The notes beneath the pieces were generated by a model. The model ran no database searches. It worked only from the letters and a program-made list of their open reading frames with translations, and was not told the DNA's origin. The translations under genes were made by a program, and so were the position numbers. This document shows, in pieces, positions 16,354 through 18,236 of a DNA stretch of 18,236 nt. Numbering within the stretch: position 1 is the first letter of the stretch; each line of letters opens with the position of its first letter. Source of the DNA: an uncultured bacterium (lineage in GTDB: Bacteria > Auribacterota > Erginobacteria > Erginobacterales > Erginobacteraceae); NCBI GenBank assembly GCA_963822585.1, contig CAWGIE010000044.1, positions 1 through 18,236 on the forward strand, written 5' to 3'.

Positions 16354-17367
16354 TCATTCCCCTTCCGCCGTTGGGCTGAAACCGGGAATGGGCAGCTGGC
16401 GCGCCTCCCATTCATCAGCCGCCTTTTCCTGGATCTTCTTTAGTTTCTTCTCTGACTTTTCTACCTCCCGGGTCACTTCGATCGCCACTTTTAACGCCGC
16501 CAGACTGTCCTCGGCGGGGACCTGAGGTTTTCCTCCGAGACGGACCGCCTCCACAAACGACTCCAATTCGAGTTTCAAGGGCTCGCCCCGGGGAATGGGC
16601 AGGTTATCGGCAACGATCCGGCCGGCTTCTTTTCGATATATCCGGGCCGCCTGGGCCATATAATCCAGAGAGATATAGGCATCGTCCTGAAAAATCCGGA
16701 TCTTCCTCATCCTGTTCGGGCTGATACGGCTGGTGGTGATATTGGCTATACTGCCGTTCTTGAAAGTGATTCGGGCATTGGCGATATCCTCATGGGAGGA
16801 AAGAATAGTCGCTCCAACCGCTTCCAGACTGTCAACCGGCGAGGGGATCAGATAGAGAATGATGTCCAGATCGTGGATCATCAGGTCCAGGACCACCCCG
16901 ACTTCCGTTCCCCGGGACTGGAAGGGGGCATTGCGATGGCATTCGATGAAACGGGGTTCTTTGACGATCTTTTCCAGGGCCAGGATCCCTGGATTGAATC
17001 GCTCCACATGTCCTACCTGGAGGAGAAGATCCCCCTTTTCGGCACGTCGGAGCAATTCCCTGGCCCGGGAAATATCGTCCGTGATCGGTTTTTCGACCAG
17101 GAGGTGATATCCCCGTTCCATCAGGGTGCAGGCAACCTCGTAATGAAGGTCGGTGGGGACCACCACACTGACCGCCTCCACCGACGCGGGGAGATCCTCC
17201 GGCCGGCTGAACCACCGGCAACCGTATTCTCCGGCGACTTCTTCCGCCCGCCGGGTGTCCGTATCCACCACTCCGACCAACTCGACTTTAGGAAGTTCGG
17301 CATAAATACGGGCGTGCCGGGAACCAAGGTGTCCGACACCAACGACGGCTACTTTGACGGTATCCAT
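16354..17367 (-). CDS. Gfo/Idh/MocA oxidoreductase, probable UDP-GlcNAc 3-dehydrogenase (GnnA-like)
   Basis: Rossmann motif VVGVGHLG, LVEKPI, QVGHVERFNP, LDLMIHDLD; adjacent to lpxB as described for gnnA. Confidence 0.85.
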   Translation of the reverse strand: MDTVKVAVVGVGHLGSRHARIYAELPKVELVGVVDTDTRRAEEVAGEYGCRWFSRPEDLPASVEAVSVVVPTDLHYEVACTLMERGYHLLVEKPITDDISRARELLRRAEKGDLLLQVGHVERFNPGILALEKIVKEPRFIECHRNAPFQSRGTEVGVVLDLMIHDLDIILYLIPSPVDSLEAVGATILSSHEDIANARITFKNGSIANITTSRISPNRMRKIRIFQDDAYISLDYMAQAARIYRKEAGRIVADNLPIPRGEPLKLELESFVEAVRLGGKPQVPAEDSLAALKVAIEVTREVEKSEKKLKKIQEKAADEWEARQLPIPGFSPTAEGE

Positions 17368-17392
17368 TAAAATTTTCCTCTGGAAAATTTTA
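17368..17392. repeat. A/T-tract palindrome containing the oxidoreductase SD
   Basis: Minus strand TAAAATTTTCC-AGA-GGAAAATTTTA immediately followed by ATG. Confidence 0.9.
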
Positions 17393-17398
17393 GTTTAG

Positions 17399-17449
17399 TA
17401 GGCTGGATTCTTCATGAAAATTTTCAATTTTCATGAAGAATCCAGCCTA
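17399..17449. repeat. Perfect 24-bp-arm palindrome overlapping the fabZ stop
   Basis: TAGGCTGGATTCTTCATGAAAATT-TTC-AATTTTCATGAAGAATCCAGCCTA. Confidence 0.95.
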
Positions 17450-17935
17450 AAGCGCTTCCGATTTCGGCAGGACCTGGAACAGAAGCTCGGCTTCGCAGAC
17501 CAGAGTTCCATCCACATAGGCCTGGCCATGGACCTTGAGGAGCCGTTTCTTCATCTTCAGCACATCCCCCACCAGGGTAAGCTGGTCGCCGGGGTAAACC
17601 GGCTTGCGGAAGCGGGCCTTGTCGATGGCCATGAAGTAAGCCAGACTCCCGGCATCTTCGGGTTTCTGCAAAAGCAGGATCCCGGAAAGCTGAGCCAAGG
17701 CCTCCAGCTGGAGGACCCCGGGCATGATCGGAACCCCGGGAAAGTGGCCCTGGAAGAAAGGTTCGTTGTAGGTCACGTTCTTCAATCCCACGATCCGTTC
17801 CCCGTCAACCATTTCGATCACCCGGTCAACCAGCATAAAGGGATAGCGATGCGGGAGCATCTCGAGAATCCGTCTGATATCCAGGATTGTCTTGCTCCGG
17901 ATCGACTCTTTTTCAGCACTGTTCTCCTGATTCAT
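17447..17935 (-). CDS. fabZ: 3-hydroxyacyl-ACP dehydratase
   Basis: LPHRYPFMLVDRV, KNVTYNEPFFQGHFP, MPGVLQLEALAQ, ARFRKPVYPGD. SD GGGAGGGG supports a start at 17935 or 17938 rather than 17977. Confidence 0.96.
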   Translation of the reverse strand: MNQENSAEKESIRSKTILDIRRILEMLPHRYPFMLVDRVIEMVDGERIVGLKNVTYNEPFFQGHFPGVPIMPGVLQLEALAQLSGILLLQKPEDAGSLAYFMAIDKARFRKPVYPGDQLTLVGDVLKMKKRLLKVHGQAYVDGTLVCEAELLFQVLPKSEAL

Positions 17936-17947
17936 CATACCCCTCCC

Positions 17948-18000
17948 ATAAACCGGATTATTGATGAAAATTTTCAATTTTCATCAATAATCCGGTTTAT
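17948..18000. repeat. Perfect 25-bp-arm palindrome directly upstream of the fabZ SD
   Basis: ATAAACCGGATTATTGATGAAAATT-TTC-AATTTTCATCAATAATCCGGTTTAT. Confidence 0.95.
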
Positions 18001-18209
18001 CAGATGTCGTTCAATACGTTACACATAGTAATCCAGATTATACGGCTACAGCAAACGGTTTTGTCTTATCCGGCAGGCCAACGTCTTATTTCCGCTCGCA
18101 ACAATGCCACCAAAAATAGATGTCTGTCGGCAATTGACTGCACATAAGTACACCACGATCTATATCTTATCGCACTACTAATAATACTGACTCTGGCATT
18201 TTTCAAAAC

Positions 18210-18236
18210 TAATCCGATTTATTTATAAATCGGATT
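18210..18236. repeat. 'Empty' TAATCCGATTTAT-family palindrome, cut by the window end
   Basis: TAATCCGATTTAT-TT-ATAAATCGGATT; the shell matches 2312-2355. Confidence 0.85.

Noticed and set aside
17939..17977. N-terminal extension of FabZ from the ORF track (MKIFINNPVYGRG)
   Set aside because: It begins inside the palindrome, and a strong SD supports a start at 17935 or 17938.

Overview
An 18.2 kb bacterial chromosomal window with GC-rich genes and AT-rich intergenic spacers, probably from a Gram-negative, PVC-like lineage (inference). Left part, in order: the 5' half of a secreted beta-helix-type protein running off the edge (missed by the ORF track), a DASS/SLC13 transporter paired with an orphan ABC-type binding protein, a Cys-tailed hypothetical protein, tRNA-Glu(TTC) and tRNA-Lys(TTT), and a gingipain-like C25 peptidase with a Pro/Thr/Ser linker and six 40-aa FG-GAP-like repeats. 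The right part is all minus strand: fabZ, a gnnA-like oxidoreductase, lpxB, msbA, a DUF374 acyltransferase, then rpsB-tsf-pyrH-frr. The most unusual signal is non-coding. Almost every gene boundary carries a short palindrome, from at least four recurring families. Several overlap stop codons, start codons or tRNA ends, some carry the Shine-Dalgarno site in the loop, some show compensatory changes, and some are nested. A 200-bp array has constant TGTAG(G/T)ATC...TTG flanks around five different hairpins. Two copies of an inverted heptamer-repeat element are also present. No transposase or integrase is visible.
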